DNA from: Nibricoccus sp.
GTDB taxonomy: Bacteria > Verrucomicrobiota > Verrucomicrobiia > Opitutales > Opitutaceae
DNA length: 64,000 bases
Assembly (NCBI GenBank): GCA_047602425.1
Contig: JASGHG010000001.1
Span: 2,080,001-2,144,000 of the forward strand
Reading direction: 5' to 3'
Shown: in pieces, positions 48,579 through 58,520 of the stretch
Position numbering within the stretch: the first letter of the stretch is position 1
Layout: each line of letters starts with the position of its first letter
Notes under the pieces: model-generated
The model's database searches: none
The model's input: the letters and a program-made list of their open reading frames with translations, nothing else
Told to the model about the DNA's origin: nothing
Position numbers and translations under genes: made by a program

Positions 48579-49351
48579 GCATCTCCATCGAGCAACTCGC
48601 AAAGGAATTTGAGCCGCTGGCCGTCAAGGAGATGGTCCAGTTGCCGCCTGCGATCGTACCGAAACCAGCACCAGCGCCAAAACCGGCTGCTCCGAAACCC
48701 GCGGCCCCACCCGCCGCTGCGCCTGTGGCGGGCGCGGAAAGTGCCAAGGTCCAAGTGCCAAGTGCCAAACCGGCAGTCCCCGCTGCAGGTCCGGCTGCTC
48801 CTTCGGTAACGGGTCCGACCCCCGCCGGTGAAGCACCAAAAGCCACTGCAACTCCTGCCGTAGCTCCCGCTCCAAAACCCGCCGCACCAGCCGCCGCTGC
48901 TGCCCCCAAGCCAGCCGCGCCCGCCGTTCCACCCGTGCCGCCACCTCCTCCACCTAAACCAGTCCAAATCTGGAAATTCGAGGAAAAGGGCCTGAATCTC
49001 GAAGTTACCGTCGAGCCGTCCAAGGTTGTCGAAGCCGCCGAATTGTTGGACCGCCATGGTTACGCCATCGACGCTGTCACCGGCATGGACTGGCCGAAAC
49101 ATGACCTCCTCGAAGTCATCTACGATTTTCTGCATTTCGAGTCAGGTTTGCGCGTGGCCTATCGCGCCCGCATTCCGCGCAAAGATCCGAAGATAGCCAC
49201 TATCTCCAAAATTTTCCCCGGCGCCGACTGGCACGAGCGCGAAACGCATGACTTTTTCGGCATCAATTTCGTCGGCCATCGCGACCTGTCGCCTTTCATG
49301 CTGCCCGACGACGCCACGTACCACCCTCTTTTGAAGGACTTCCAAGCGTGA
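48575..49351 (+). CDS. nuoC: Complex I subunit C with long Pro/Ala-rich N-terminal extension
   Basis: [26 protein letters not shown]. Confidence 0.9.
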   Translation: MSISIEQLAKEFEPLAVKEMVQLPPAIVPKPAPAPKPAAPKPAAPPAAAPVAGAESAKVQVPSAKPAVPAAGPAAPSVTGPTPAGEAPKATATPAVAPAPKPAAPAAAAAPKPAAPAVPPVPPPPPPKPVQIWKFEEKGLNLEVTVEPSKVVEAAELLDRHGYAIDAVTGMDWPKHDLLEVIYDFLHFESGLRVAYRARIPRKDPKIATISKIFPGADWHERETHDFFGINFVGHRDLSPFMLPDDATYHPLLKDFQA

Positions 49352-50475
49352 ACATTCCCCAGCTCATTCCTGTCGGCGATCCTGCTGCCGAAACGTTCAC
49401 GATTAATCTCGGGCCGCAACATCCCGCGACACACGGCGTGTTGCGCGTGAAGCTCGAGATGGACGGCGAGTTCATCGTCAACGCCCAGCCCGTGCCCGGT
49501 TACATTCACCGTATGCACGAGAAGATGGGTGAGAATCGCACGTACGCGCAGTTCCTGCCCAACACGAGCCGCATCGATTACCTCTCGGCCATGACGTACA
49601 CGCACGCTTTCGTCGGCGCCGTGGAAAAAGCCGCGAAGCTCGAAGTGCCTATCCGCGCCGAATACATCCGCGTCATCACTTCCGAACTAAATCGTATCTC
49701 CAGCCATCTCGTCGGCTGGGGCGCGTGGATCATGGATCTCGGCGGTTTCACCCCGATTCTCTACGCCTTCGATGACCGTGAAAAAATCCTCGATATGCTC
49801 GAGGAGATCACCGGTTCGCGCCTGACGTATTGCTACTATCGGTTCGGCGGAGTGTGCGATGACGTTGACGCGCAATTTATCCGTTCCGCCCAGGAGTTTG
49901 TGCCCTATATGCGCAAGCGCCTCGACATGTATAAAAAGCTCGTCACGGGCAACGTCATCTTCCGCAAGCGCGTCGAGGGCATCGGCCCGATCAGTGCCGA
50001 AATGTGTCGCAAATATGGCGCATGCGGCCCCGTTCTCCGCGGCTCCGGCGTCAAATACGACGTTCGCCGCGCCGAACCATACTCGATCTACAATCAGTTC
50101 GATTTCGAGATCCCCGTTTACCACGAGTGCGACTCGCTCGCGCGCTACCTCGTGCGCATGGACGAGATCGAGCAATCCCTGCGCATCATCGAGCAGGCCT
50201 GCGCGAAAATTCCCGACGGTCCGATCCAGGGCAAAGTCCCGCGCATCCTGAAACTTCCTGTCGGTGACACCTGTTTCGCCACCGAGTGCGGCCGCGGTCG
50301 TCTTCTTGTGCGCATCACCAGCGACGGCGGCGAAAATCCGTATCGCGTCCGCCTGCGCACACCGTGTTTCACCAACCTAACGCTCTTCGAGGAAGCCTCG
50401 CAGGGCATGATGCTCGCCGACGCGCTCTCGCTCATGGCCAGCCTCGACCTCGTCATCCCCGACATCGACCGCTAA
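49348..50475 (+). CDS. nuoD: Complex I subunit D
   Basis: NLGPQHPATHGVLR, GYIHR, RIDY, ELNRISSHL, DIDR; no NiFe CxxC motifs. Confidence 0.95.
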   Translation: MNIPQLIPVGDPAAETFTINLGPQHPATHGVLRVKLEMDGEFIVNAQPVPGYIHRMHEKMGENRTYAQFLPNTSRIDYLSAMTYTHAFVGAVEKAAKLEVPIRAEYIRVITSELNRISSHLVGWGAWIMDLGGFTPILYAFDDREKILDMLEEITGSRLTYCYYRFGGVCDDVDAQFIRSAQEFVPYMRKRLDMYKKLVTGNVIFRKRVEGIGPISAEMCRKYGACGPVLRGSGVKYDVRRAEPYSIYNQFDFEIPVYHECDSLARYLVRMDEIEQSLRIIEQACAKIPDGPIQGKVPRILKLPVGDTCFATECGRGRLLVRITSDGGENPYRVRLRTPCFTNLTLFEEASQGMMLADALSLMASLDLVIPDIDR

Positions 50476-50501
50476 CCTTTTATTAACGCCAAACAATGTT
50501 C

Positions 50502-50666
50502 GCCATTGAGCACACAGAGCTCGGACACAGAGTCCACAGAGAGTCGGTTGACGAATCGACGCTCAAGTTCTGCTCTGTCCAATCGATGGCATTGGCCTTC
50601 AGATCGATTTCTCCAATCAACCGTTCCTCCGTGCCCTCCGTGTCCGAGCTCCGTGACCTCTGTGGC
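50502..50666. repeat. CACAGAG palindromic element, copy 2
   Basis: 40-nt arms 50502-50541 and 50627-50666. Confidence 0.9.
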
Positions 50667-50692
50667 TCATTCCGATTCTTCCTTCGTTCGCG

Positions 50693-51787
50693 ATGATCGA
50701 AACCCTCTCAAATTTCTTTGCCACACCGTGGGGCGCTCTTGCCCGGAGCCTGATTTACCTCGCGGGCATTTGCGGTTTCGTTGCCGCCAACGCCGCCTAC
50801 CTCGTGTGGGTGGAGCGCAAGGGCGCGGGCCGTTTCCAACGCCGTCCTGGTCCGACCGAGTCCGGCTGGGCCGGCCTGCTTCAGCCCCCCGCCGACGGCA
50901 TCAAGCTGCTCGCGAAGCAAGTCATGGCGCCGCCCGGTGGCGACAAAATCCTTTTCTGGGCCGCTCCGCTCATGGTGATGGCGCCGCCGCTCCTCTGCCT
51001 TCTGGCGATTCCGTTCGGCGACAATGTGCTCGCCCGCAACATCAACGTCGGCCTGCTGATGGTTTTCTCCTTCGGCTCGATCAACGTCATGGCGCTCATG
51101 CTCGGCGGCTGGGCTTCGCGCAACAAGTACTCAATCATTTCCTCGGCTCGCATCGTTTCCCAAAACGTCGCCTACGAAATTCCGATGCTTTTCGTCGTGA
51201 TCACCATGATCATGGTCACCGGCACGCTGAATCTGCAGACAATCATTGTCCAACAAGCCGGCGGTTTCTGGAACTGGAATATTCTCCGTGGCATTTGGGA
51301 TTTTAGCGGTGGCGGGTGGGGTCACATCGGCGGCAACCTCCTCGCTCCGGTTACGTTCATCATTTTCTTCATTTGCATGCTGGCCGAGACGAACCGCGCG
51401 CCATTCGACATGGCGGAAGCGGAAAGCGAACTCGTCGCCGGCGCCTTCACCGAATACGGCGGCATGGGCTTCGGCGTTTTCTTCATGGCCGAGTACGGCA
51501 ACATCGTCGTGGGCTGCGCTCTTGCCACCTTGCTCTTCCTTGGCGGCTGGCAAAGCCCGATCGGCAGCATCCCCGTTTCCTGGGGTGTCATTGGTACGGT
51601 TCTCGGCGTCGGTTTCTTCCTCGCGAAGATGTACGCGCTCATTTTCACCGTCGTCTGGATCCGCTGGACCTTCCCGCGCACGCAGTTCTATGGACTGCTC
51701 AACCTCTCTTGGAAGATCCTGATCCCCATCTCGATCTTCACCCTGCTCCTCACGAGCATCCTCCTCAAATTGCCCCGCCTATTCTGA
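50693..51787 (+). CDS. nuoH: Complex I subunit H
   Basis: ERK..GRFQRRPGP, GLLQPPADGIKL, AETNRAPFDMAEAESELVAG, WIRWTFPR. Confidence 0.95.
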   Translation: MIETLSNFFATPWGALARSLIYLAGICGFVAANAAYLVWVERKGAGRFQRRPGPTESGWAGLLQPPADGIKLLAKQVMAPPGGDKILFWAAPLMVMAPPLLCLLAIPFGDNVLARNINVGLLMVFSFGSINVMALMLGGWASRNKYSIISSARIVSQNVAYEIPMLFVVITMIMVTGTLNLQTIIVQQAGGFWNWNILRGIWDFSGGGWGHIGGNLLAPVTFIIFFICMLAETNRAPFDMAEAESELVAGAFTEYGGMGFGVFFMAEYGNIVVGCALATLLFLGGWQSPIGSIPVSWGVIGTVLGVGFFLAKMYALIFTVVWIRWTFPRTQFYGLLNLSWKILIPISIFTLLLTSILLKLPRLF

Positions 51788-51796
51788 GCTAAAACC

Positions 51797-52345
51797 ATGA
51801 GCCTGATTAAAGAAACAGTTTTCGGATTCTGGTCCCTGATCACGGGCATGCGGCTCACGATCAAGGAATTTTTCAGCCCGACCATAACCACTCACTACCC
51901 GCATCAAACGCTGCCCATCCCGAAGAAATTCCGCGGGCACATCGAGCTGAAGTGGAATCAGGAAACCGGTCGCGCCAACTGCACCGCGTGCGGCATTTGC
52001 GCCAAGGCCTGCCCGTCCGATTGCATCGAGCTCGACGGCATCAAGCCTGCCGGCGAAAAGGGCAAGGCTGTCACCAGTTACCAGCTCGACTTTACGCTCT
52101 GCTCCCTTTGTTCGCTCTGCATCGAGGCTTGTCCTTTCGACGCCATCCAGCACTCCGCGCGCTACAACCTCGCGAGCGTTCCGAACAAGTGGAACGACAT
52201 GGACCTCTTCGAACGCTACAAAGAACAGGTCGTTCGCGTCGGCAAAACCCCCTTCATTCCCGAAGCGGCTCCGGCCGCGCCCGCAGTTCCCGCCTCGACT
52301 ATTCCGGCCGCCGCTCCAGCTGTGGCCCCCCAGCCCGCCCAGTAA
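51797..52345 (+). CDS. nuoI: Complex I subunit I (2x[4Fe-4S])
   Basis: CTACGICAKACP and CSLCSLCIEACP. Confidence 0.93.
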   Translation: MSLIKETVFGFWSLITGMRLTIKEFFSPTITTHYPHQTLPIPKKFRGHIELKWNQETGRANCTACGICAKACPSDCIELDGIKPAGEKGKAVTSYQLDFTLCSLCSLCIEACPFDAIQHSARYNLASVPNKWNDMDLFERYKEQVVRVGKTPFIPEAAPAAPAVPASTIPAAAPAVAPQPAQ

Positions 52346-52881
52346 TGAACACGTTTCCCCTTAACGACTGGTTAGTCGCCGCCATTTTCATCCTCTGTAT
52401 CGCCGTCACCGTCACCGGTGCGATCATCGCCGCCTTCACCAAGCGCATTATCCGCAGCGTTTCCGGCCTTGCGGTCTGCTGCCTCGGCCTTGCGGGCCTT
52501 TTTTATTTCCTCCACAGCCCGTTCCTCGCGCTGATGGAAATCCTCATCTACATCGGCGCCGTCTGCGTCACCGTCGTTTTCGGTATCATGCTCACCGAAC
52601 CCGACGAGCCTGCCCCGGAAAACTTCAAGCGCCCCTTCCCGGTCATTTCGCCCCTGATTTCGCTCGCGATCGGCGGCGGCGTATTTGTCGGCATCGCTTG
52701 GTTGAGCCTCAAGCAGCTCTGGACCGCTCCGGCCACCGTCACCGGCAACGGATCGATCGAATCGATCGGCCAGTTGCTCCTCACCAAGTACAGCGTGCCC
52801 TTTGAACTGATTTCGCTCGTGCTCCTCGTCGCCATCCTCGGCGCGCTCGTCATCGCCCGTTCCGGGAGGACCAAAGAATGA
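52345..52881 (+). CDS. nuoJ: Complex I subunit J
   Basis: ILIYIGAVCV, YSVPFELISLVLLVAILGA; ATG overlaps the nuoI stop. Confidence 0.9.
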   Translation: MNTFPLNDWLVAAIFILCIAVTVTGAIIAAFTKRIIRSVSGLAVCCLGLAGLFYFLHSPFLALMEILIYIGAVCVTVVFGIMLTEPDEPAPENFKRPFPVISPLISLAIGGGVFVGIAWLSLKQLWTAPATVTGNGSIESIGQLLLTKYSVPFELISLVLLVAILGALVIARSGRTKE

Positions 52882-53204
52882 ACCCAGCCCAGCTTTATTC
52901 CCAGCCCGCGCCCTATCTGGTCGTCGCCGCATTTCTGCTCGCGATCGGCATTTTCGGCCTGATCCGCCGCCGCACCCTCATCGGCATGCTGATTTCCGGC
53001 GAACTCATCTTCGCCGCCGCGTCGTTGAATTTCATGGCGCTTAACCATTTCACTGCGCCAGACAAATCCGTCGGCCAGGTCGCCGTCCTCTTCATCATGG
53101 GTATCGCCGCCGCTGAAGTCGCCATCGCGCTCAGCATCATCATCGCCGTGTACCGCAACTATCGCTCCATCGTTTCCAAGGAGCTCAACCAACTCAAAGG
53201 CTGA
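52878..53204 (+). CDS. nuoK: Complex I subunit K
   Basis: LISGELIFAAASLNF, IAAAEVAIAL, LKG. Confidence 0.92.
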   Translation: MNPAQLYSQPAPYLVVAAFLLAIGIFGLIRRRTLIGMLISGELIFAAASLNFMALNHFTAPDKSVGQVAVLFIMGIAAAEVAIALSIIIAVYRNYRSIVSKELNQLKG

Positions 53205-53209
53205 GCCAA

Positions 53210-54685
53210 ATGGATACGACCCAAGACCCACGCCTTGCCTTTGCCATTCTCGCCCCGCTCGTCGGCGCAGGTTTGGTCATGCTCACCGGCAAGAAACCCA
53301 ATCTCCGCGAGGCCTGCTCGTTTCTTGCCGCTGCCACGATGTTCGGCATCATCGCATCGCTCTATCCAGCGATCAAGGCCGGCGCCACGCTGAAGTTCAC
53401 GCTGTTCCAGCTGCTGCCCGGCCTCAGCCTCACGCTGCGCGCCGACGCGATGTCATTGATCTTTGCCGGTGCCGCCTCGTTCCTCTGGATCCTCGCGGTT
53501 TTCTACTCGGCCGGCTACATGCGCGGCCACCACGAGCCGAACCAAACCCGTTTCAACACCTGCTTTGCGCTCGCACTCTTCGGCGCCATTGGTTGTGCGT
53601 TCTCTGACAATCTCCTGACAATGTACTTCTTCTACGAAGTCGTCTCGATTGTCACCTATCCGCTGGTTGGACACCATCAGGACGCCGAGGGTTACGAAGG
53701 CGCCCGCAAGTACATGACTTACCTCACCACCACCGCCAAGGGCCTCGTGCTTCCCGCGATGGTGTTGATCTACGTGCTGACCGGCACGCTCGATTTCCCC
53801 ACCAACGTGCTTCATGGCATTGGCAACATCGCCAGCCAGAATCGCTGGCTTGTCACCGGTGCTTACGCCGCTTGCATCCTCGGTTTCGCGAAGAACGGCA
53901 TCATGCCGTTCCACTCGTGGCTCCCGAGCGCGATGGTGGCTCCGACACCGGTCTCCGCGCTGCTCCACGCTGTGGCGGTCGTTAAAGTCGGCGTGTTCTC
54001 AACTACGCGCACGATGCTCTACGGCTTCGGCGTCGACACGATGACGAATTTCAACCTCGGCATTCCGACCGCGTACTTCGTCGGCTTTACGATCATCACC
54101 GCATCGGTCATCGCGCTCTCGAAGGACAATCTCAAAGCCCGGCTCGCCTATTCGACCGTCTCGCAGCTTTCGTACATCGTGCTCGGTGTCGCACTGCTCA
54201 CGCCGACCGGCGTCGAAGGCGGATTGCTCCACATCGCCACGCACGCCTTTGCCAAGATCACGTTGTTCTTCTGTGCCGGCGCGATCTTCGTCGCCACCCA
54301 CAAAAAAGATATTTCCGAAATGTCCGGCCTCGGCCGCGTGATGCCGTTCACCTTCGGCGCCTTCGCGCTCGCCTCGCTCTCGATGATCGGCGTGCCCGGC
54401 TCCGGTGGCTTCGTATCCAAGATCTACCTACTCGTGGGCTCGATGGATGCCGGCCAGGTCGGCATCCTCGTGATCCTCGTCGCCTCCACGATTCTCAACG
54501 CCGCGTATTTCGCGCCGGTCGTTTACACCGCGTTCTTCGGCAAGCTCTCGCACGAGGATGAACATCACCTCCATGGTGAAGCGCATCCTTCGATGGTGAT
54601 CCCGCTCTGCATCACCGCTGTCATTTCGATCGTTATTGGCTTCTGGCCCGACCTTTTCCTCAACCTCGTCAAAGCGGTCTTCTGA
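53210..54685 (+). CDS. Extra MrpD/NuoL-family antiporter-like subunit
   Basis: FFYEV, AKNGIMPFHSWLPSAMVAPTPVSALLHAV, LKARLAYSTVSQL, HAFAK; no lateral helix. Confidence 0.9.
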   Translation: MDTTQDPRLAFAILAPLVGAGLVMLTGKKPNLREACSFLAAATMFGIIASLYPAIKAGATLKFTLFQLLPGLSLTLRADAMSLIFAGAASFLWILAVFYSAGYMRGHHEPNQTRFNTCFALALFGAIGCAFSDNLLTMYFFYEVVSIVTYPLVGHHQDAEGYEGARKYMTYLTTTAKGLVLPAMVLIYVLTGTLDFPTNVLHGIGNIASQNRWLVTGAYAACILGFAKNGIMPFHSWLPSAMVAPTPVSALLHAVAVVKVGVFSTTRTMLYGFGVDTMTNFNLGIPTAYFVGFTIITASVIALSKDNLKARLAYSTVSQLSYIVLGVALLTPTGVEGGLLHIATHAFAKITLFFCAGAIFVATHKKDISEMSGLGRVMPFTFGAFALASLSMIGVPGSGGFVSKIYLLVGSMDAGQVGILVILVASTILNAAYFAPVVYTAFFGKLSHEDEHHLHGEAHPSMVIPLCITAVISIVIGFWPDLFLNLVKAVF

Positions 54686-55029
54686 TGAACCTCGTACGCT
54701 TTATAGATTTTCTGCGCGACCGACTGAGCCTTGTGATCAAGGCCTGTCTTGGCCTGCTCGCGCTCCTCGTCGTGGCCGACATCGCCCGCGTTTTCCTTTC
54801 GCACGGCCACGAAGCCGCTTCCGAACACGCCGCACCGGCCGCTCATGGCGCCGAAGCCGCGCATGGTTTCTGGGCGCAGCTTTATCACATCGCCGAAACC
54901 TGGCCGGCCTTCTGGTCAGTCTTCGGTTTTATCGCCTGCGTGCTGATTGTTTATATTTCCAAATGGTACGGACACCTGAAAGTCGGTCGCACCGAGATCA
55001 TGGCCAAGGAGGACTTCTACAATGAGTAA
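54685..55029 (+). CDS. Small two-TM protein with His/Ala-rich loop, probable complex subunit
   Basis: Overlaps both neighbours; PAFWSVFGFIACVLIV. Confidence 0.8.
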   Translation: MNLVRFIDFLRDRLSLVIKACLGLLALLVVADIARVFLSHGHEAASEHAAPAAHGAEAAHGFWAQLYHIAETWPAFWSVFGFIACVLIVYISKWYGHLKVGRTEIMAKEDFYNE

Positions 55030-56839
55030 CCTCTGGATCCATCCTTCGCTGATTTTCATCGTCGGCGGTTTGCTGCTGACAATCTTGCCGCAAGCCTTGC
55101 GCAAAGCATGGTTGATCATTGTACCTGCCGTCGCGTTCGGCCTCATCCTCAAGATGAGTCTGAATCTGGGCACCTTTGGCGTAGTCAATGTCGCCGGTTT
55201 CGAACTCACCTTCGGCCGCGTCGACCGTCTCAGCCAGGTCTTCGCCCACATCATGGGCCTGATGGCGATTATCGGCACACTTTATGGTTTGCATGTAAAG
55301 CGTCCGGTTGAACATCTCGCCGCCTGGACCTATGTCGCTGGTTCGATCGGCGCAATCTACGCGGGCGATTTCGTAACGCTCTTCCTCTTCTGGGAACTGA
55401 TGGCGATCGCCTCGACGTTCCTCATCTGGTTCCGCGGCCGCAAGGAATCCATCGCCGCCGGTTACCGCTACTTGCTCGTTCACATGGCCGGTGGTGTCGC
55501 GCTGCTCGCAGGCATCATGCTGACCTACAAGGCCACGCACTCGCTCGCGTTCAACCCGCTCGAGGTCGCGAATCCCGCGCCCGGCACGTGGTTGATCATG
55601 ATCGGCTTCATCCTCAATGCCGCGGTTCCGCCGCTGCACGCCTGGCTGCCCGACGCTTACGGCGAAGCGACGTTTAATGGTTCGGTTTTCATGTGCGCTT
55701 TCACGACCAAGACCGCCGTTTACGCTCTGCTGCGCGGCGTCCCGGGTTTTGAAATCCTCATCCCGCTCGGCGTGATCATGGCGCTCTACGGTGTCGTTTA
55801 CGCGGTGCTGGAAAACGACAGCCGCCGCCTGCTCGCCTACCACATCATTTCGCAGGTCGGCTACATGGTCGCGGGTGTCGGTCTGGCGAATACCCACACT
55901 GCTTTCGGCCAGCTCGCTTTCAACGGCGCCTGCGCGCATGCTTTCGCTCACATTCTCTACAAGGGCCTGCTCTTCATGGGCTGCGGCACCGTTCTGCACC
56001 AGACTGGCGAGAGCAAGTTCACCGAGCTCGGCGGCCTCTATAAGAAGATGCCCTGGACGTTTGTGCTGACGCTGATCGGCGGCTTGTCCATCTCGGCTTT
56101 CCCTCTGTTCAGCGGTTTCGTTTCGAAATCGATGATCGTCTCGGCCGGCTTCGATAGCGGTAAGCTCTGGGTCGGTTTTCTCCTCATGCTCGCCTCCGCC
56201 GGTACGTTCCTCCACACCGGCCTGAAGGTGCCGTACTACATTTTCTTCGGCAAAAACAACTGCAAGCCGCAGACGTGGGAAAAAGCCAAGGACCCGGTTT
56301 GGAACATGACCGCCGCCATGGCGATCGCCGCGTTCTTCTGTATCTTCATAGGCAGCTACACGCCTTATCTCTACAACATGCTTCCTTTCCAAGGACCGGC
56401 TGAAGAGTACGCGGGCCGCGTCTACAGCAGCGCTCACGTGATGGAGACGTTGCAGATCCTCCTCTTCACCGCGCTCGGTTTCTTCCTCATGTTGAAGAAA
56501 CTCACGCCAGAGGCAAAAATCTCGCTCGATCTAGACATTGTCTGGCGCAAGGGCGGCCCTGCTTTCCTCTGGCTCGCGAAAAAGCCGATCCAAGCCATCG
56601 ATAATTTTGTCGGCGAAATCTACAACAATGGCGGCCTCATCCCTCTGATGCGCACGTCTCGCCTCGTCGGTATTTTCGACGGCGCGGTGATCGATGGCAT
56701 CGTCGATGGCTTCGCCACCAGCTTCCGCAATCTCGGTGCCAAGCTCCGCGGCGCCCAGCGCGGTGCGATTCAGGACAATCTCACGATCGCCTTCGCTGCG
56801 GCCGCGGCGCTCCTCCTCGGCTTCCTCTTCATCTTCTAA
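55022..56839 (+). CDS. NuoL/MrpA-like antiporter subunit with C-terminal lateral helix
   Basis: FLFWELMA, PPLHAWLPDAY, RRLLAYHIISQVGYM, HILYKGLLF, C-terminal IDGIVDG...AQRG plus final TM. Confidence 0.9.
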   Translation: MSNLWIHPSLIFIVGGLLLTILPQALRKAWLIIVPAVAFGLILKMSLNLGTFGVVNVAGFELTFGRVDRLSQVFAHIMGLMAIIGTLYGLHVKRPVEHLAAWTYVAGSIGAIYAGDFVTLFLFWELMAIASTFLIWFRGRKESIAAGYRYLLVHMAGGVALLAGIMLTYKATHSLAFNPLEVANPAPGTWLIMIGFILNAAVPPLHAWLPDAYGEATFNGSVFMCAFTTKTAVYALLRGVPGFEILIPLGVIMALYGVVYAVLENDSRRLLAYHIISQVGYMVAGVGLANTHTAFGQLAFNGACAHAFAHILYKGLLFMGCGTVLHQTGESKFTELGGLYKKMPWTFVLTLIGGLSISAFPLFSGFVSKSMIVSAGFDSGKLWVGFLLMLASAGTFLHTGLKVPYYIFFGKNNCKPQTWEKAKDPVWNMTAAMAIAAFFCIFIGSYTPYLYNMLPFQGPAEEYAGRVYSSAHVMETLQILLFTALGFFLMLKKLTPEAKISLDLDIVWRKGGPAFLWLAKKPIQAIDNFVGEIYNNGGLIPLMRTSRLVGIFDGAVIDGIVDGFATSFRNLGAKLRGAQRGAIQDNLTIAFAAAAALLLGFLFIF

Positions 56840-56851
56840 CAGTCCCCCGCC

Positions 56852-58330
56852 ATGCCACCATTCGCCAATCTCGAGGGCCTGCCCTATCTCAGTATTCTGA
56901 TCTTCGCGCCGCTGATCGCCGCCGCGTTCACTGCGTTTATTTCCGACGCGCGGCTCGTCCGCTGGTGGACTCTCGGCGTGACCGTCGCCGCCGCGATCTT
57001 TTCGGTCAATCTATACATTGGGTTCTTTGCCGAGACGCATTATTTTCAATTCGTCGAAAGTCATTCGTGGATTCCGTCGTTGAAAATCAACTACACGCTC
57101 GGCGTGGACGGCATCAGCCTGCTGCTCATCCTCCTCACCACGCTCATCACGCCACTTTGCGTACTGGCTTCCTGGACCTACATCAAGGTTCGGGTAAAAG
57201 AGTTCATGATCGCCCTCCTTGTGATGGAAGGCGCCATGGTCGGCGTGTTCAGCGCGCTCGATACCGTCCTCTTCTTCGTATTCTGGGAAGCGATGCTCAT
57301 CCCGATGGCACTCATGATCGGCGTCTGGGGCGGCCCGCGTAAGATCTACGCGTCGATGAAATTCTTCATCTACACGATGGCGGGCTCGGTCTTCCTGCTG
57401 GTCGCCATCATCGCAATGCGTCTGCAAACCGGCTCGTTCGATTTGCAGTCGACCATGGGCCATCCCTTCTCACACGGTTTCCAAAGCTGGGTTTTTGCCG
57501 CGTTCTTTATTTCTTTTGCGATCAAGGTTCCCATGTTTCCGTTCCACACGTGGTTGCCCGCCGCACACGTTGAGGCTCCAACGGCTGGTTCGGTTATTCT
57601 GGCTTCGGTGCTGTTGAAAATGGGCACATACGGTTTCCTCCGTTTTGCCCTGCCGATCACGCCTTGGGCTGCGGTGCATTTTGCGCCCGCGCTCATGTGG
57701 CTCTCCGTCGTCGGCATCGTTTACGGCGGTCTCGCTGCCCTCGCGCAGGCCGACATGAAGAAGCTCGTCGCTTACTCCTCCGTCGGCCACATGGGCTTCT
57801 GCACCCTCGGTATTTTTTCGCTCAATATTCAGGGCATCGAAGGCGCCACGCTCGTCATGATCAACCATGGTGTCACCACCGGAGCGTTGTTCATCTGTGT
57901 CGGCATCATCTACGAACGGCTGCACACCCGCGATCTCGCGAAGTCCGCCGGCATCGGCAAGTTCATGCCGATTCTTGCCACGTTCCTCGGTTTCTTCTGC
58001 CTGTCGTCACTCGGATTCCCCGGCACAAACAGTTTCATCGGCGAATTTTTGGTTCTCGCCGGTGGTTTCAAAATTTCCACGTTGCTCGTTTGTTGCGCCG
58101 TTCCCGGCGTCGTCGCCGCCGCGGCTTACAACCTCCGCATGCTCCAGCGCCTCGTCTACGGCGGTACCGACAACCCCGATCATACTGGTACGCCCGATCT
58201 CAACTTCCGCGAAATCCTCACGCTCGCGCCGTTGCTCGTGTTCGTTCTCTGGATCGGTCTGAACCCACAGCCGTTTGTGAAAATCATGCACGAATCGGTC
58301 GTCCACCTCCTCCAACAAGCCGGCCGCTAA
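56852..58330 (+). CDS. nuoM: Complex I subunit M
   Basis: GVDGIS, FWEAMLIP, IKVPMFPFHTWLPAAHVEAPTAGS, LLKMG, AYSSVGHMG, FIGEF. Confidence 0.95.
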   Translation: MPPFANLEGLPYLSILIFAPLIAAAFTAFISDARLVRWWTLGVTVAAAIFSVNLYIGFFAETHYFQFVESHSWIPSLKINYTLGVDGISLLLILLTTLITPLCVLASWTYIKVRVKEFMIALLVMEGAMVGVFSALDTVLFFVFWEAMLIPMALMIGVWGGPRKIYASMKFFIYTMAGSVFLLVAIIAMRLQTGSFDLQSTMGHPFSHGFQSWVFAAFFISFAIKVPMFPFHTWLPAAHVEAPTAGSVILASVLLKMGTYGFLRFALPITPWAAVHFAPALMWLSVVGIVYGGLAALAQADMKKLVAYSSVGHMGFCTLGIFSLNIQGIEGATLVMINHGVTTGALFICVGIIYERLHTRDLAKSAGIGKFMPILATFLGFFCLSSLGFPGTNSFIGEFLVLAGGFKISTLLVCCAVPGVVAAAAYNLRMLQRLVYGGTDNPDHTGTPDLNFREILTLAPLLVFVLWIGLNPQPFVKIMHESVVHLLQQAGR

Positions 58331-58347
58331 AAAACCAACAACCCTTC

Positions 58348-58485
58348 GCCACAGAGAACACAGAGCGCCGACACAGAGTTCACCGAGCCAATCCACCCAT
58401 CCGTCAATCGCCGCTCAACACCTCGACTTCATCCACCAAAAATTTCTCTGTGCCCTCTGTGTCCGAGCTCCGTGACCTCTGTGGC
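58348..58485. repeat. CACAGAG palindromic element, copy 3
   Basis: 40-nt arms 58348-58387 and 58446-58485. Confidence 0.9.
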
Positions 58486-58520
58486 CCCTCCGATTCCGAC
58501 TCCGATTTTCCCTTTTCCCA

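Noticed and set aside
49348..50475. Group 4 [NiFe]-hydrogenase large subunit
   Set aside because: Both CxxC nickel-binding motifs are absent and no maturation genes are nearby.
50506..51306. 266-aa ORF between and overlapping nuoD/nuoH
   Set aside because: Starts inside a repeat element and overlaps nuoH out of frame; no protein-like features.
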